Origin: a virus
Taxonomy: Duplodnaviria; Caudoviricetes
Virus record (IMG/VR): IMGVR_UViG_3300031760_000045
Location: 5,151-69,150 of that record
DNA: 64,000 bases
Direction: 5' to 3' (one strand)
The position numbers were made by a program, and so were the translations under genes. This document shows, piece after piece, positions 21,334-31,418 of the stretch (the first letter of the stretch is position 1; every line of letters starts with the position of its first letter). The notes beneath the pieces are model-generated. The model did not search any database. It was given only the letters and a program-made list of their open reading frames with translations, and was not told the origin of the DNA.

Positions 21334-21747
21334 ATGGCTTATTTTAAAGTAATCCAAGACAACACTGTGGTCAGTGTTGGTTCAGTGTTCCTTAAGTGGA
21401 ACACGAAGAAACATAGGTTATTCATCTGCGATGTGGACAATGGTCAGTTTGTACAATCGTTCGACGAAAAGCACATCTACAAAGATAACTGGCTGAAGAC
21501 TTCTGACGGTGATATTCAATATGAAGATGCTTCAATTGTGATTATTGACGAAACTGAATATGAAGATCTGAAAGAAATGCTGATCGAAGGCGAACCGATT
21601 GTTGAAGAACCTGTTCATGAGCCAGTGGTTGTACAGGAACGTCATGAACCAGAGGAAGAAGAAAAACCTTTAACAATCGCACAAATGCGTGAAATCATCG
21701 CAGAACAACAGAAACAAATTGAACTTCTGATGAAGAAAGTTCAGTAA
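21334..21747 (+). CDS. Hypothetical protein (possible fibre assembly chaperone)
   Basis: Directly follows the giant protein; acidic, with a C-terminal coiled coil. Confidence 0.45.
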   Translation: MAYFKVIQDNTVVSVGSVFLKWNTKKHRLFICDVDNGQFVQSFDEKHIYKDNWLKTSDGDIQYEDASIVIIDETEYEDLKEMLIEGEPIVEEPVHEPVVVQERHEPEEEEKPLTIAQMREIIAEQQKQIELLMKKVQ

Positions 21748-21754
21748 CTTAACG

Positions 21755-21780
21755 GAGGGCTGTCTTAACTGACAGCCCTC
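21755..21780 (+). terminator. Intergenic hairpin (terminator or processing site)
   Basis: 10-bp perfect stem GAGGGCTGTC/GACAGCCCTC; U-tract is weak. Confidence 0.45.
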
Positions 21781-21798
21781 CTCAATTTATGCAAAGGA

Positions 21799-22740
21799 GT
21801 GAACTATATGCCTTATGTGACTATTTCGGGCAAAAAGTTTCTTGATGCTGTAGGCACAGGCCATCTTTGGGATAGAATTAAGCAACGCTACGATAGTAAA
21901 CTTGATAACATTGTTGCCGGTAACGATGCGGTGAGCGTATCCAACAACAACGAAATCTCCATTGTTATCTCTGCTGAACCTGATAACGCATTGCAACTCA
22001 AGACTGCAGGCAACAAAGGTTTGTATGTAGCCGCTCAGTCTACTGGCGAATCATTTACATACAACATTGTTAAAGACACAACTTCTCCAGATTATGCGGC
22101 TGTGTATCATCTGACAAAGACACCAAGTGGTGGTGGTGATCCGGTCAGCGTCGGTGCTGCCATTAATATTCCGAAGGACATGGTTGTGCAGAGCGGTACG
22201 GTAGAAACCAAGAGTACAGCTGGTGACTGGGGTCCTGCCGGAACTTACATCCATCTGGTGTTAGCCAATGCTGACAGTAGCGATCTGTATATCAATGTCA
22301 GCACGCTGATTGAATATGTTACTTCTGGTTCTCAGACAGGAGACATGGTTATGATCTATATTGATCCGACCACTCACGTAGTTACCGCAAGCCTGTCTGA
22401 CGACAGTATCACAGCTCAGAAGCTTGTACCTGCAATTCGTACAGCTTTAAGCAAGGCCAGCTCGTCTGTTCAGTCTGTTGCCGAAGGATCTACGAATGGC
22501 ACTATCAGTGTTGATGGTACAGAAGTTGCTGTGCATGGTCTTGGAACTGCGGCTTATGCTTCCAGTGGTGACTTTGATGCAGCTGGTTCTGCGGCGGCTG
22601 TTCTTGGCACGAATGCCGATAGTGCATCTACTGCTACAGTTTTTGGCGTAAAGCAGTATGCATCTGATGTATATGAAGCAATTCAGGCTCTTACGAATTC
22701 TGAAATTGATGCGGCTATTGCTGATGCTGTTACGCCTTAA
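21799..22740 (+). CDS. Fibre/appendage-like structural protein
   Basis: N-terminal KKFLDAVG and C-terminal ALTNSEIDAAI motifs; INIPKDMVV.SG.V motif seen in phage fibre proteins. Confidence 0.5.
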   Translation: MNYMPYVTISGKKFLDAVGTGHLWDRIKQRYDSKLDNIVAGNDAVSVSNNNEISIVISAEPDNALQLKTAGNKGLYVAAQSTGESFTYNIVKDTTSPDYAAVYHLTKTPSGGGDPVSVGAAINIPKDMVVQSGTVETKSTAGDWGPAGTYIHLVLANADSSDLYINVSTLIEYVTSGSQTGDMVMIYIDPTTHVVTASLSDDSITAQKLVPAIRTALSKASSSVQSVAEGSTNGTISVDGTEVAVHGLGTAAYASSGDFDAAGSAAAVLGTNADSASTATVFGVKQYASDVYEAIQALTNSEIDAAIADAVTP

Positions 22741-22764
22741 TCAATTGTAGAGGAGTGAATAAAG

Positions 22765-24204
22765 ATGCCTTACACGGCGACAAATACAAAAAAATTTCTG
22801 GATTCTCGCGGGCTGACTTATTTCTCCCAACAGCTTAACAATTATCCTGACAACACAGTAATCGAAGCAGTAGTAGAGGGCATTCAGGATGTTCTAGATG
22901 AAAAGCTAGATATAACACAAAAAGGTGCTGTGAATGGTGTTGCATCGTTGAACGCCGAAGGCAAGGTGCCTGCGAGTCAATTGCCTCCAGAGACAACATA
23001 CGAATTCGACGGAACATATAATCCAACAACAAACAAAATAGCCACAGTAGGGACTGTATCAAATGCTGTAAATGCATTAACCGGCGGCGAGATCGGAGAA
23101 TCTGGAACAGGCAAAACAATTACTTCTCTTACACAAACAGCCGGAAATGTTTCTGCAACTTTTGAGAATATCAGTATTGTAAGATCCCAGATCAGAGACT
23201 TCCCCACTCTTGGAATGGCTTCTACAAAAGACGTAGATACATCAATTTCGTCTTCGTCTACAAGTACTGATCTTCCAACGTCATCTGCGGTTGCATCCTT
23301 TGTCGAAGGTAAAGGTTATATGTTGTCAAACTTAAAAGGTTCAGCCAATGGCGTAGCAGAGCTTGATACAAACGGAAAAGTTCCATCTTCTCAATTGCCT
23401 TCTTATGTCGATGATGTGCTTGAATTTCAAACAAGAGATGATTTTCCATCAACTGGCGAGTCTGGGAAAATATACGTAAATCTTGCAAACAACGCAACAT
23501 ATCGTTGGAGCGGATCTACTTATGTATTAATTGGAACTTCTCTGACGCTTGGTGAAACATCATCAACAGCATACAGAGGCGACTACGGGAAAGCAGCATA
23601 CGATCATGCTTATGCAAAAGGCAGTGCGTATACTAATGGCTTGTACAAATTTACAACAAATCAAGAAGGACACGTTACTAATGCTGTCGTTGTAAACAAA
23701 TCAGATATTACTGGACTTGGTATTCCATCTCAAGACACAACATATACGTTGCGGCAAGATTCAACTGATAGACATAAGATTATATTCGAAGGATCTGATG
23801 ACTCTTCAACTACAATAACGATTCCTGATTCCGGTTCTGTAACAAGTGTTTCTACAGGCGCTGGCCTAACTGGAGGTCCTGTAACAACCACTGGCACTAT
23901 TAAAGTTAGTTTAACAGATGAAACAAATTTAACAAATCAGGCTGCTGCAACGGCTGAAGTTGCAAACCGTATATATCCGGTTCGGCTGGATAAAAACGGA
24001 AAACTAGCTGTAGTAGTGCCGTGGGCAGAATCTCAGTCATATAATACTTCCATTGCTGTAAGTGAAGAAACTAGTCAGATAACCTTAGCTGCAAACACTA
24101 AATATGCAATTACTGCAGGCGGGTCATCTTATGTGTTTACAACGCCTCCGAATGTAACATATAGCGCTATCACAGACAGCGAAATAGAAGCAATGTTTAC
24201 ATAA
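22765..24204 (+). CDS. Fibre/appendage-like modular protein, paralogous to 9164-10600
   Basis: Shares two long modules with 9164-10600, in permuted order. Confidence 0.6.
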   Translation: MPYTATNTKKFLDSRGLTYFSQQLNNYPDNTVIEAVVEGIQDVLDEKLDITQKGAVNGVASLNAEGKVPASQLPPETTYEFDGTYNPTTNKIATVGTVSNAVNALTGGEIGESGTGKTITSLTQTAGNVSATFENISIVRSQIRDFPTLGMASTKDVDTSISSSSTSTDLPTSSAVASFVEGKGYMLSNLKGSANGVAELDTNGKVPSSQLPSYVDDVLEFQTRDDFPSTGESGKIYVNLANNATYRWSGSTYVLIGTSLTLGETSSTAYRGDYGKAAYDHAYAKGSAYTNGLYKFTTNQEGHVTNAVVVNKSDITGLGIPSQDTTYTLRQDSTDRHKIIFEGSDDSSTTITIPDSGSVTSVSTGAGLTGGPVTTTGTIKVSLTDETNLTNQAAATAEVANRIYPVRLDKNGKLAVVVPWAESQSYNTSIAVSEETSQITLAANTKYAITAGGSSYVFTTPPNVTYSAITDSEIEAMFT

Positions 24205-24282
24205 AAGTTGAGCCTAAAGCTATTTAATTATTAATTAAGCAAGATTAATATTCTTGTTTTTTATATAAGAGGAGGTGATCTA

Positions 24283-24561
24283 ATGGAGTACGCAACTGTA
24301 ATTGGCGGAGTTCTTAACATTCGATCAGACACAGATGTTAAATCCAGACGGATCGCACAAATTCCTAATGGAACAGTCATTGCCGTATTGGAGAAAGGCA
24401 CCGTGTGGTGCAAGATCGTTTACAATGCATACGAAGGATACGTCATGACTAAGTTTTTAAAATTTGAGAGCGACAGTGATGATGAACAGGTTACGATTAC
24501 GCTGTCGCGTTTAACCGCACAGGAGATTTTAAATGCACTGCAGCTCTCGCTAAATAAATAA
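24283..24561 (+). CDS. SH3b domain protein
   Basis: GGVLNIRS......IAQIPNGT.I.VLEKG..WCKIVYN..EGYVMTKFL is a canonical bacterial SH3. Confidence 0.8.
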   Translation: MEYATVIGGVLNIRSDTDVKSRRIAQIPNGTVIAVLEKGTVWCKIVYNAYEGYVMTKFLKFESDSDDEQVTITLSRLTAQEILNALQLSLNK

Positions 24562-24579
24562 GCGAGGAGTGAATTTTTT

Positions 24580-25236
24580 ATGGGTGAAATATCTAAAGCA
24601 GTCGGTCAATGGATCGTTGGAAACGTTGGCTGGACTGTAATAATCATTTTATTTCTTCTTTCTTGTCTGTTCAAAGTAGCAAAGAAAGAAATTGATCCTC
24701 TTGGATGGGTCGTGAGCTGGATCGGAAAAGCTTTTACAAAGGATGTTCGGAACGATATCGCAACTCTGAAAACAAACACCGATGCAAAGCTTGACGAGAT
24801 GAAAACAAAGGTCGAAGAACTCAAAACGGACTACAATGACAAGATTTCAGGTCTGAGAGATGATCTGGATGGCTTTGAATCTTCGACAAACCAAAGCATT
24901 CAAGACATGAGAGATGGAACCGCATCCAACTGCGAACTGTTAAAGACACGGCTGGACGCAATGGAGAAGTCTAATGACATGCAGACGGTTCGGCAAATTA
25001 AAGCTCACGTATTAGACTTCGCCAATTCATGCATGAACGGACGCAAGCATACTTTCAGAGATTTTCGTAACATCATCAAAGAAAATAAACAATACGAAAC
25101 ACTAGTCGAAAAGTACGGCTTGGTAAACGATGTTTATAAAGACGACTTTGAATTCATTATGGAAATCTATCACGACTGCAAAAAGAATCGAAGTTTCCTA
25201 AACGATAATGGAGAACCATTCGTTGAAGACGACTAA
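24580..25236 (+). CDS. Membrane-anchored coiled-coil protein (holin/lysis-associated)
   Basis: N-terminal TM segment, central heptad region, located in the lysis cluster. Confidence 0.5.
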   Translation: MGEISKAVGQWIVGNVGWTVIIILFLLSCLFKVAKKEIDPLGWVVSWIGKAFTKDVRNDIATLKTNTDAKLDEMKTKVEELKTDYNDKISGLRDDLDGFESSTNQSIQDMRDGTASNCELLKTRLDAMEKSNDMQTVRQIKAHVLDFANSCMNGRKHTFRDFRNIIKENKQYETLVEKYGLVNDVYKDDFEFIMEIYHDCKKNRSFLNDNGEPFVEDD

Positions 25237-25250
25237 AGGAGTGAAGCAGG

Positions 25251-25553
25251 ATGTCTAAGGCTAAGTTTGTTCAGTACTCTAAGAAGATGGCATCTTGCAT
25301 AACCATCTTCTGGATGGTCTACAGAATTCTTAACTTCATCGTTGTTTTAATTCGACCGGAAATAGCGAACGCACTTTCTGACTTAAGCACGGGTGTTGAC
25401 ACGATCATGATAGTCAACATGGGTGCTTATACGACTAACTCTGCGACTGAAAAAGTTGCAATTGCCTTTGGTAAACGTAAGAGTCTTTATGTAGCCGAAG
25501 AAGAAGAGGAAGAAAAGACAGAAAAAGAGGAAGAAGGTGAAGAAAATGGCTGA
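25251..25553 (+). CDS. Holin-like membrane protein
   Basis: Two hydrophobic segments and a charged C-terminal tail, upstream of the endolysin. Confidence 0.5.
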   Translation: MSKAKFVQYSKKMASCITIFWMVYRILNFIVVLIRPEIANALSDLSTGVDTIMIVNMGAYTTNSATEKVAIAFGKRKSLYVAEEEEEEKTEKEEEGEENG

Positions 25554-26292
25554 AATTATTCGTCGATTTATTGAAAAAGTTTTATTAATTAAAAGTACAA
25601 ACCCAAAGCGCAGAGAGCCTGGAGATGGGTCTGACGGCTATTGTGACTGTATTGGCTTGATCATCGGTGCTATACGCAGGATGGGTTTAAAGTGGAATGG
25701 TATTCATGGCTCCAACTGGGCAGCAAGAAAAGAATTTGTTGAACTTAAAAAGATAAACTCTGTAAATGATCTTTCTGTTGGTGATGTTGTGTTAAGAGGA
25801 TGTCCCCCAGGAACAAAGGGATGGGCTTTGCCTTCCAGATATCGTCAAGGTGGAAAGTATTACAACGGAGATCTGACGGATTATTATCACGCCGGTGTCG
25901 TTACTCATATTAATCCTCTGAATATTACTCACATGAGCAGCAAGATGACAGTAGATACGAAGCTTGGCAAATGGAACTATTACGGAACACTTTCTATTTT
26001 AGCGAAAGCTGCTGGCGGAATTACGCCTAAGCCTGTTCCTACTGATCCTACCGATCCTACTGATCCTACTTCCGGCTCTGAAGCTGTCGTTGTTGCCAAG
26101 TCCGGCGGTACAGTGAACCTTCGGATTCAACCGTCTAAGAGCATGAGGATTATCACAAGAGTTCCTCTGGGACGTCGCGTTAAGATTATTACCCCCGGCG
26201 AAGAATGGTGCTATGTTACATACAATCAGTTCACTGGTTATATGATGGCAGAATTCCTTGATGTTGTCGGGGATGGAAGAGGTAAATATTAA
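25537..26292 (+). CDS. Endolysin: NlpC/P60-like peptidase plus C-terminal SH3b
   Basis: DCIGLI (catalytic Cys), YYHAGVV (His), a PTDP linker and an SH3b tail. Confidence 0.75.
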   Translation: MKKMAEIIRRFIEKVLLIKSTNPKRREPGDGSDGYCDCIGLIIGAIRRMGLKWNGIHGSNWAARKEFVELKKINSVNDLSVGDVVLRGCPPGTKGWALPSRYRQGGKYYNGDLTDYYHAGVVTHINPLNITHMSSKMTVDTKLGKWNYYGTLSILAKAAGGITPKPVPTDPTDPTDPTSGSEAVVVAKSGGTVNLRIQPSKSMRIITRVPLGRRVKIITPGEEWCYVTYNQFTGYMMAEFLDVVGDGRGKY

Positions 26293-26305
26293 AGGAGATG
26301 TTTAT

Positions 26306-26677
26306 ATGGAATTCATTACAGATAATTGGTACATTATTCTCGCTGTTATTGCGGCTGTAGCTGTTTTAGTTTACCTTGTTGTAAAGTTTTTTAAGTTCCC
26401 TCGTGCGGAACAGATTGCAAAAATCAAAGAATGGCTGTTGTTTGCTGTAACTCAAGCTGAAAAAGAATTTGGTAGCGGTACGGGTCAGCTGAAACTGCGT
26501 TGTGTGTACGATATGTTTGTTACTAAATTTCCTTATCTTGTAAAATTTGTATCGTTTGAATTCTTTAGCAAACTTGTGGATGATGTACTTGTAAAGTTCA
26601 AGGATATGTTTAAATCTAACGCCGCTGTTCAGTCTTATGTTAACTCAAATGTTGTTGAACATAAATCTGAGGTGTAA
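26306..26677 (+). CDS. Holin (LL-H-like)
   Basis: Probable start MEFITDNW after an AAAGGAG RBS. One TM helix, then AVTQAEKEFGSGTGQLKL, typical of the LL-H holin family. Confidence 0.7.
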   Translation: MEFITDNWYIILAVIAAVAVLVYLVVKFFKFPRAEQIAKIKEWLLFAVTQAEKEFGSGTGQLKLRCVYDMFVTKFPYLVKFVSFEFFSKLVDDVLVKFKDMFKSNAAVQSYVNSNVVEHKSEV

Positions 26678-26680
26678 CAC

Positions 26681-27319
26681 ATGGCAAATGAGAAACAAAT
26701 CTGGGATTATTTAAAAAAGAAAACACATAATGCATATGGCACTGCGGCAATTATGGGAAACTTAATGGCTGAAAGTTCTTTAAATCCTAAAGCCGTTGCC
26801 GGAGTCAAAGATCCGGATTATGTTTCCAATTCAGATGCTGGATTAATTGATTTTGCTAACGATGGCCATGCATTTGGACTTGCTCAATGGGTATTATATA
26901 CACGCAAAGAAGCTCTAATTACATTTGCAAAAGAACGCAATGTTTCTGTTGGAGATTTGCAGATGCAGCTTGAATACCTCATTGATGAGATGATTAATAA
27001 ATATAAGACGATATGGAATGCTGTTATTTGGGCCAAGAGTATTCGCGACACATCTGACGCTATTATGTTAAAGTACATAAATCCAGCAAATACCAGTGAA
27101 AAAGCAAGACAACGCAGAACCGATCTTGGACAAAAGTTTTATAACAAATTTGCAAATGAAGAATCTACAGAAACCCCCGTTGATTCAAGAGATGTCATTT
27201 ATCTTGTATTGACGGATATGGATGAAATAAAAAAGGCTATCATTAAAGAAGATCGTATAAATATTCAGATTGAAAATAGCCCTCAATATATTCGTTTATT
27301 TCTTCCTGATGCTGAATGA
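26681..27319 (+). CDS. Phage tail lysozyme (Phage_lysozyme2-like)
   Basis: IWDYL....YGTAAIMGNLMAESSLNP, FGLAQW, LQMQLEYL motifs. Confidence 0.75.
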   Translation: MANEKQIWDYLKKKTHNAYGTAAIMGNLMAESSLNPKAVAGVKDPDYVSNSDAGLIDFANDGHAFGLAQWVLYTRKEALITFAKERNVSVGDLQMQLEYLIDEMINKYKTIWNAVIWAKSIRDTSDAIMLKYINPANTSEKARQRRTDLGQKFYNKFANEESTETPVDSRDVIYLVLTDMDEIKKAIIKEDRINIQIENSPQYIRLFLPDAE

Positions 27320-27334
27320 TTTTACTTGCAACAT

Positions 27335-27388
27335 AAAAAAAGGGAACTTCTTAAGAGTTTGATACTCTTTGAAAGTTCCCTTTTTTTT
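27335..27388. terminator. Bidirectional intrinsic terminator at the convergence of the late and early regions
   Basis: A-tract 27335-27341, stems GGGAACTT/AAGTTCCC and AAGAGT/ACTCTT, T-tract 27381-27388; lies between convergent genes. Confidence 0.9.
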
Positions 27389-28345
27389 ATTTTTGCTCGT
27401 CAATTACATTGTCAGTTTCAGGATTTTGTTCATCAACTTCAACATCGTAATTTAAGTCAAGAACGAGCGAGACTTCTTTATTTCTGTTTGCGTCTGTCCA
27501 TTTCTTTCCGTATACGCCTACATTATCATTTTTTGCACACGCATCAAAGTAATCCCGAACAGCTTCAATCGCTTCTTCTGTGACTTCATTGCGCCAGACC
27601 CAGCCGCCGTTTTCATTTTTTACGCCTGCGTAAATAGCAGACGGCATTTCGCCATATGAAACATGATACTGTATCATTCTTGCACTTCCTCTTCTTCACC
27701 TGGTTTTTCTGTTAACTCTTCCTCGATAAGATCATCCTGTGTGTTTTCAGGAACCGGTTCTTCAACAGCAGGAAGTTCAACATAAACGACAACATCACCG
27801 TCTCCCCAGACCCATCCAACGACTTCCTGGTCAACGGTATATTCTCCCCCATCTTCGGACGCGAGATTCTCACCATCCCAGGTATAAACACCGAGCGGTG
27901 TTTCTTCGGATGTTTGCGCTTTAAAATAAATGGTTGCCGGTTCATTTGTAAGCAATTCTCTTAATTTCATAATAACAATCTCCTTACTAAAAAATATTCA
28001 TGTGATAATGTCTTTATAACATTATTTTATTCCCATCTCGCTAAGAACAGTTTTTAATCCATTATAAATATTTTCATAAGCTTTCCGCTTTTCTTTCGGC
28101 ATCTCTTGTAAAAGCTTGTTTGCCCTTACCGTCGGGCACCAGTCAGGACGCTTTTCAGGGTCAACTTTGAATGCTGTTATATCCAGTAGTTTTTCTTCGG
28201 GCGTAAAAGAATTTGATCCGCAAACTGTCATGTTTCCATATTTCATTACGACAGGACATTCCATGCAGCATTCAGGTACTTTTAATTGAAACATTGAATC
28301 ACCTCTTCGCACAGCCAAAGAAATAAGCCGTTCATACTTATCCAT
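27387..28345 (-). other. Three small hypothetical CDSs (27387-27677, 27674-27970, 28022-28345)
   Basis: Co-directional; the first two overlap by 4 nt; no recognised domains. Confidence 0.6.
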
Positions 28346-28362
28346 TCGCTTTTTCCATATTA

Positions 28363-28905
28363 TTACATCTTCAAATAAAGTACTCTTGCTTTTATTTCAA
28401 GATCGTCCAATGTTCCGTTGTTATAAACAGTAGCCCACGGTTCTTTTGGATAATCATCCAATGCTGTTTCCGATCGATGCTTCTGCTGTTCCTCCGTTAA
28501 CATGTTAAATCCAGGCCGGATAATCCTGATATGTTTTGGATGAAATGAGCTCATTCCTTCTATTTCATTTGGAAATCTTGCGTCCGGAATAAGAACATAA
28601 TCCCATTCATTTTCAAACATATAAAGAAGGTTATGAACAAAGTTAACCCAATAATCCGGTTGCTTCTTTCTGATGACATCCGTGCCTACGTACTGGAGCA
28701 GAGTTCTTCCCTTCTCGTCCTTATAGCCGTCCCAGCCGAAGAACTGTTTACAGATATATTTAAGCAAGTCTCCATAATGAACAATGAGAACCTTTTTATC
28801 GTCCTCTTCCATTACAGCTTTTAAGTATCCGGCCAACGTGTCTTTCCCATGTCCGGCTTTACCTGAAATTAAGATTAATTTCATGTCTCCACTTCCTTGA
28901 TTCAA
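28363..28905 (-). CDS. Deoxynucleoside monophosphate kinase
   Basis: LISGKAGHGKDT P-loop, GRTLLQYVGTD, IPDARFPNE and HRSETALD motifs. Confidence 0.85.
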   Translation of the reverse strand: MNQGSGDMKLILISGKAGHGKDTLAGYLKAVMEEDDKKVLIVHYGDLLKYICKQFFGWDGYKDEKGRTLLQYVGTDVIRKKQPDYWVNFVHNLLYMFENEWDYVLIPDARFPNEIEGMSSFHPKHIRIIRPGFNMLTEEQQKHRSETALDDYPKEPWATVYNNGTLDDLEIKARVLYLKM

Positions 28906-28914
28906 GTTAAAAAA

Positions 28915-30680
28915 TCAGTTGTTTTTCCCTATGTAACGTGGAAGAAGATTAATATACTCTATGACAGTTTCAATGCCGTTGATAAAGTTGTCATTCCCAT
29001 TAATCGAGTCATGATGATCTCTTCGAATCGGAAACTTATAGACGTCCTTTAACTTGATACAAGGCTCGTCATCTTCAGGGTCTATAGCGTGAGCGTTTAA
29101 CATGTCAATAGCGTCATATACTACGTCTACATATTCTTCTTCACAGCCGTTAAGTCTGATCATTTTAAGAAGCTTTTCAGTTATCGAAGATCTGTCGTTC
29201 ATTTCTTCTTCCTCTTTTCTAATGAAAAGTCAACTTCCTTTTTTCTCTTTCTCATTATTTCATGACAGAGTTCAACAAAACATTCTGAACAAATGTCCAT
29301 TCGTTTCATTTCAAGTGCGGGATAACCAAACTTAACGTTTGGTCTCTTTTCAATCCAATGTTGGAAATCTCTACAACCCATTGGTTTTCCGCAGACATCG
29401 CAAATCCATTCATCGACTTTCATTTTTTGCTCCTCATATATCACCATCAAGAATTGCATCATCTAGATTAATCCAATCATCCATTATTGTTAAACATTCC
29501 CATGTGATTCCTTTTTCGATTTCTTCAAACAGCCCACCGCAGCATCCGCACACTACATCTCCGTTGTCAAGCAAAATCCCACCATGGATTGTATTATCTT
29601 CGAGGTCTTTAAATTTTATCTGCTTTGCCATTATTTATTTCTCCTTACGTTCTCCATCAGCACAGAACCAATTTTCATGGCAAGGTATGCCATATGAATG
29701 AATTCTGTTCTTTTTATAATTCCCGTCGTAACTGCAGTATTTTCCAAGCTCCATATAATATTTGCAGTCTTTACACCTTACAAGTCTTATAGGTCTGAAG
29801 TCTTCTTCGAACTGACCTATAGGTTCAATTTCGTCATTAATTTCAACGATATATTCTCTGATCATTTATTTTCCTCATTCCGTCCGCACAAAACCAATCA
29901 GCACCATGGTAAACGTCTCGCTGATCTCCGAAATCGTCTGTGTCCATTGCACAGTATTTACACATTTTGCCATCCGCTGTCATGGTTGCGTGTTCACAAT
30001 CCTTACACCGAATGATTTCCGGTTGACTCAACGCTTCGACAGCCATATCAAAAGCTGCAGTATAATCCATTGGATATTCCCATTCGACTTGTGCAATAGC
30101 CATTCTAATAGTTTCAATGGCTTCCTGTTTCGTCATTCATACTTCACAACCTTTCCTGCCTTTTCCCGTCAGCACAGAACCAATTGGGCGAAGTATTCCC
30201 CCTTGTTTTTTCATCGTCGTATGTGTTCGGATTGTAGCAAAACCCATCTTTATAATGTTTACAATCTTTGCATCTAACGATTTTTTCATATTTATCTCCG
30301 AACACATCCAACAACGTTACGGGTTTCGAAACGTGCGCAAGAGCACGCTCTAAAACGGCAATCCGTTCACGTTGCTCTACAATAAGATTGAGCGCATCCG
30401 TAAGGGCGTCTGTTGTTGCTTCATCGTCGAACGGATCTGCATCCTGTGCGGTAATAATTTCATCAATAACAAAATCTGCGTCTTTCATTCCCGCTTCACC
30501 GCTCTTCTGCATCTCTGACAAAACTCGCTCTTTCAACAGGGTAAGGGTATCTTCGATCATTTGTCCCATGCAGTATTCCGGCTCTTTAATTGCCCGGAAT
30601 TCCTTGCCATCACAAATCTGGTAAGGGTTACTGTCTCGAAAAATTTCCCATGACTTAATTAGTTTTTCTATATTAATCAT
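28915..30680 (-). other. Cluster of small hypothetical CDSs (28915-29202, 29199-29462, 29434-29631, 29635-29865, 29843-30136, 30144-30680); three end in an RCKDC...WFCADG module
   Basis: Tightly packed/overlapping ORFs with a shared Cys-rich C-terminal module. Confidence 0.6.
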
Positions 30681-30711
30681 TTACTTTACAGATCTCCTTT
30701 CTGTATACGGC

Positions 30712-31017
30712 TTAATTGTGATTAACTTCTGTCCTTCTGTTCCATGAATTAATCAAGTCTTGCTTTTGTTCGTCTGTTGTGCCATATCCTCGCTTCGGGT
30801 ATCTTTTCATTGAGATTTCACATTTTTTACACTCAATCACGAGCATTGTGTTTGTGAAAAAATTTCCGGCGAAATCATCAAATTCCCTATCTTCAAGCCT
30901 TACATTATTTCCACAGAACGGGCATGGTTTCAGCTCGCTCATCCAATCACTCACCTCGGATCTCTGTATTTTGCCCCGCCTTTTAAATATTGCTTGTCCT
31001 CTTCCGTCTTGCACCAT
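30712..31017 (-). CDS. Lar-family restriction alleviation-like protein (probable start MSELKPCPFCG)
   Basis: ELKPCPFCG...IECKKC...A/L.NSWNRR pattern. Confidence 0.65.
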   Translation of the reverse strand: MVQDGRGQAIFKRRGKIQRSEVSDWMSELKPCPFCGNNVRLEDREFDDFAGNFFTNTMLVIECKKCEISMKRYPKRGYGTTDEQKQDLINSWNRRTEVNHN

Positions 31018-31145
31018 GCGATATATTGTTCTTTCATCTCATCCGTGAAAAGCTCCAAATGGCCAAATCCAATCAGCGGAATAAGTTCGCGATGACTTAT
31101 CCATAGCCATTGTTTCAGGCTTTCTGTCATCTTAACCATCCAACT

Positions 31146-31409
31146 TCACCGACCTTCCGCAATTGGTTTGATTCCGAAAACACAGTATCCATCTTCGATT
31201 CCCCAACCCGATAAAACGTATGTGATTTCGTATTCTTTTCCAATCAACGGATGACTAATCATTTCACATCCATCTGAATCGTATAAAACAACGAACTGGA
31301 CAATATCACCTTTTTGATAACCTCTATCGTTCTTACGAACCTCAAATGTTTTGTCACCACGGTTTACCGCATCGGCGAACGATTCACGAATCTTGATTTT
31401 ATGTGTCAT
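31146..31409 (-). CDS. DUF3850/ASCH-like protein
   Basis: MTHKIKI...F..AV..GDKTFEVRKNDRGYQKGD..EITYVL. Confidence 0.8.
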   Translation of the reverse strand: MTHKIKIRESFADAVNRGDKTFEVRKNDRGYQKGDIVQFVVLYDSDGCEMISHPLIGKEYEITYVLSGWGIEDGYCVFGIKPIAEGR

Positions 31410-31418
31410 TTTACTTCA

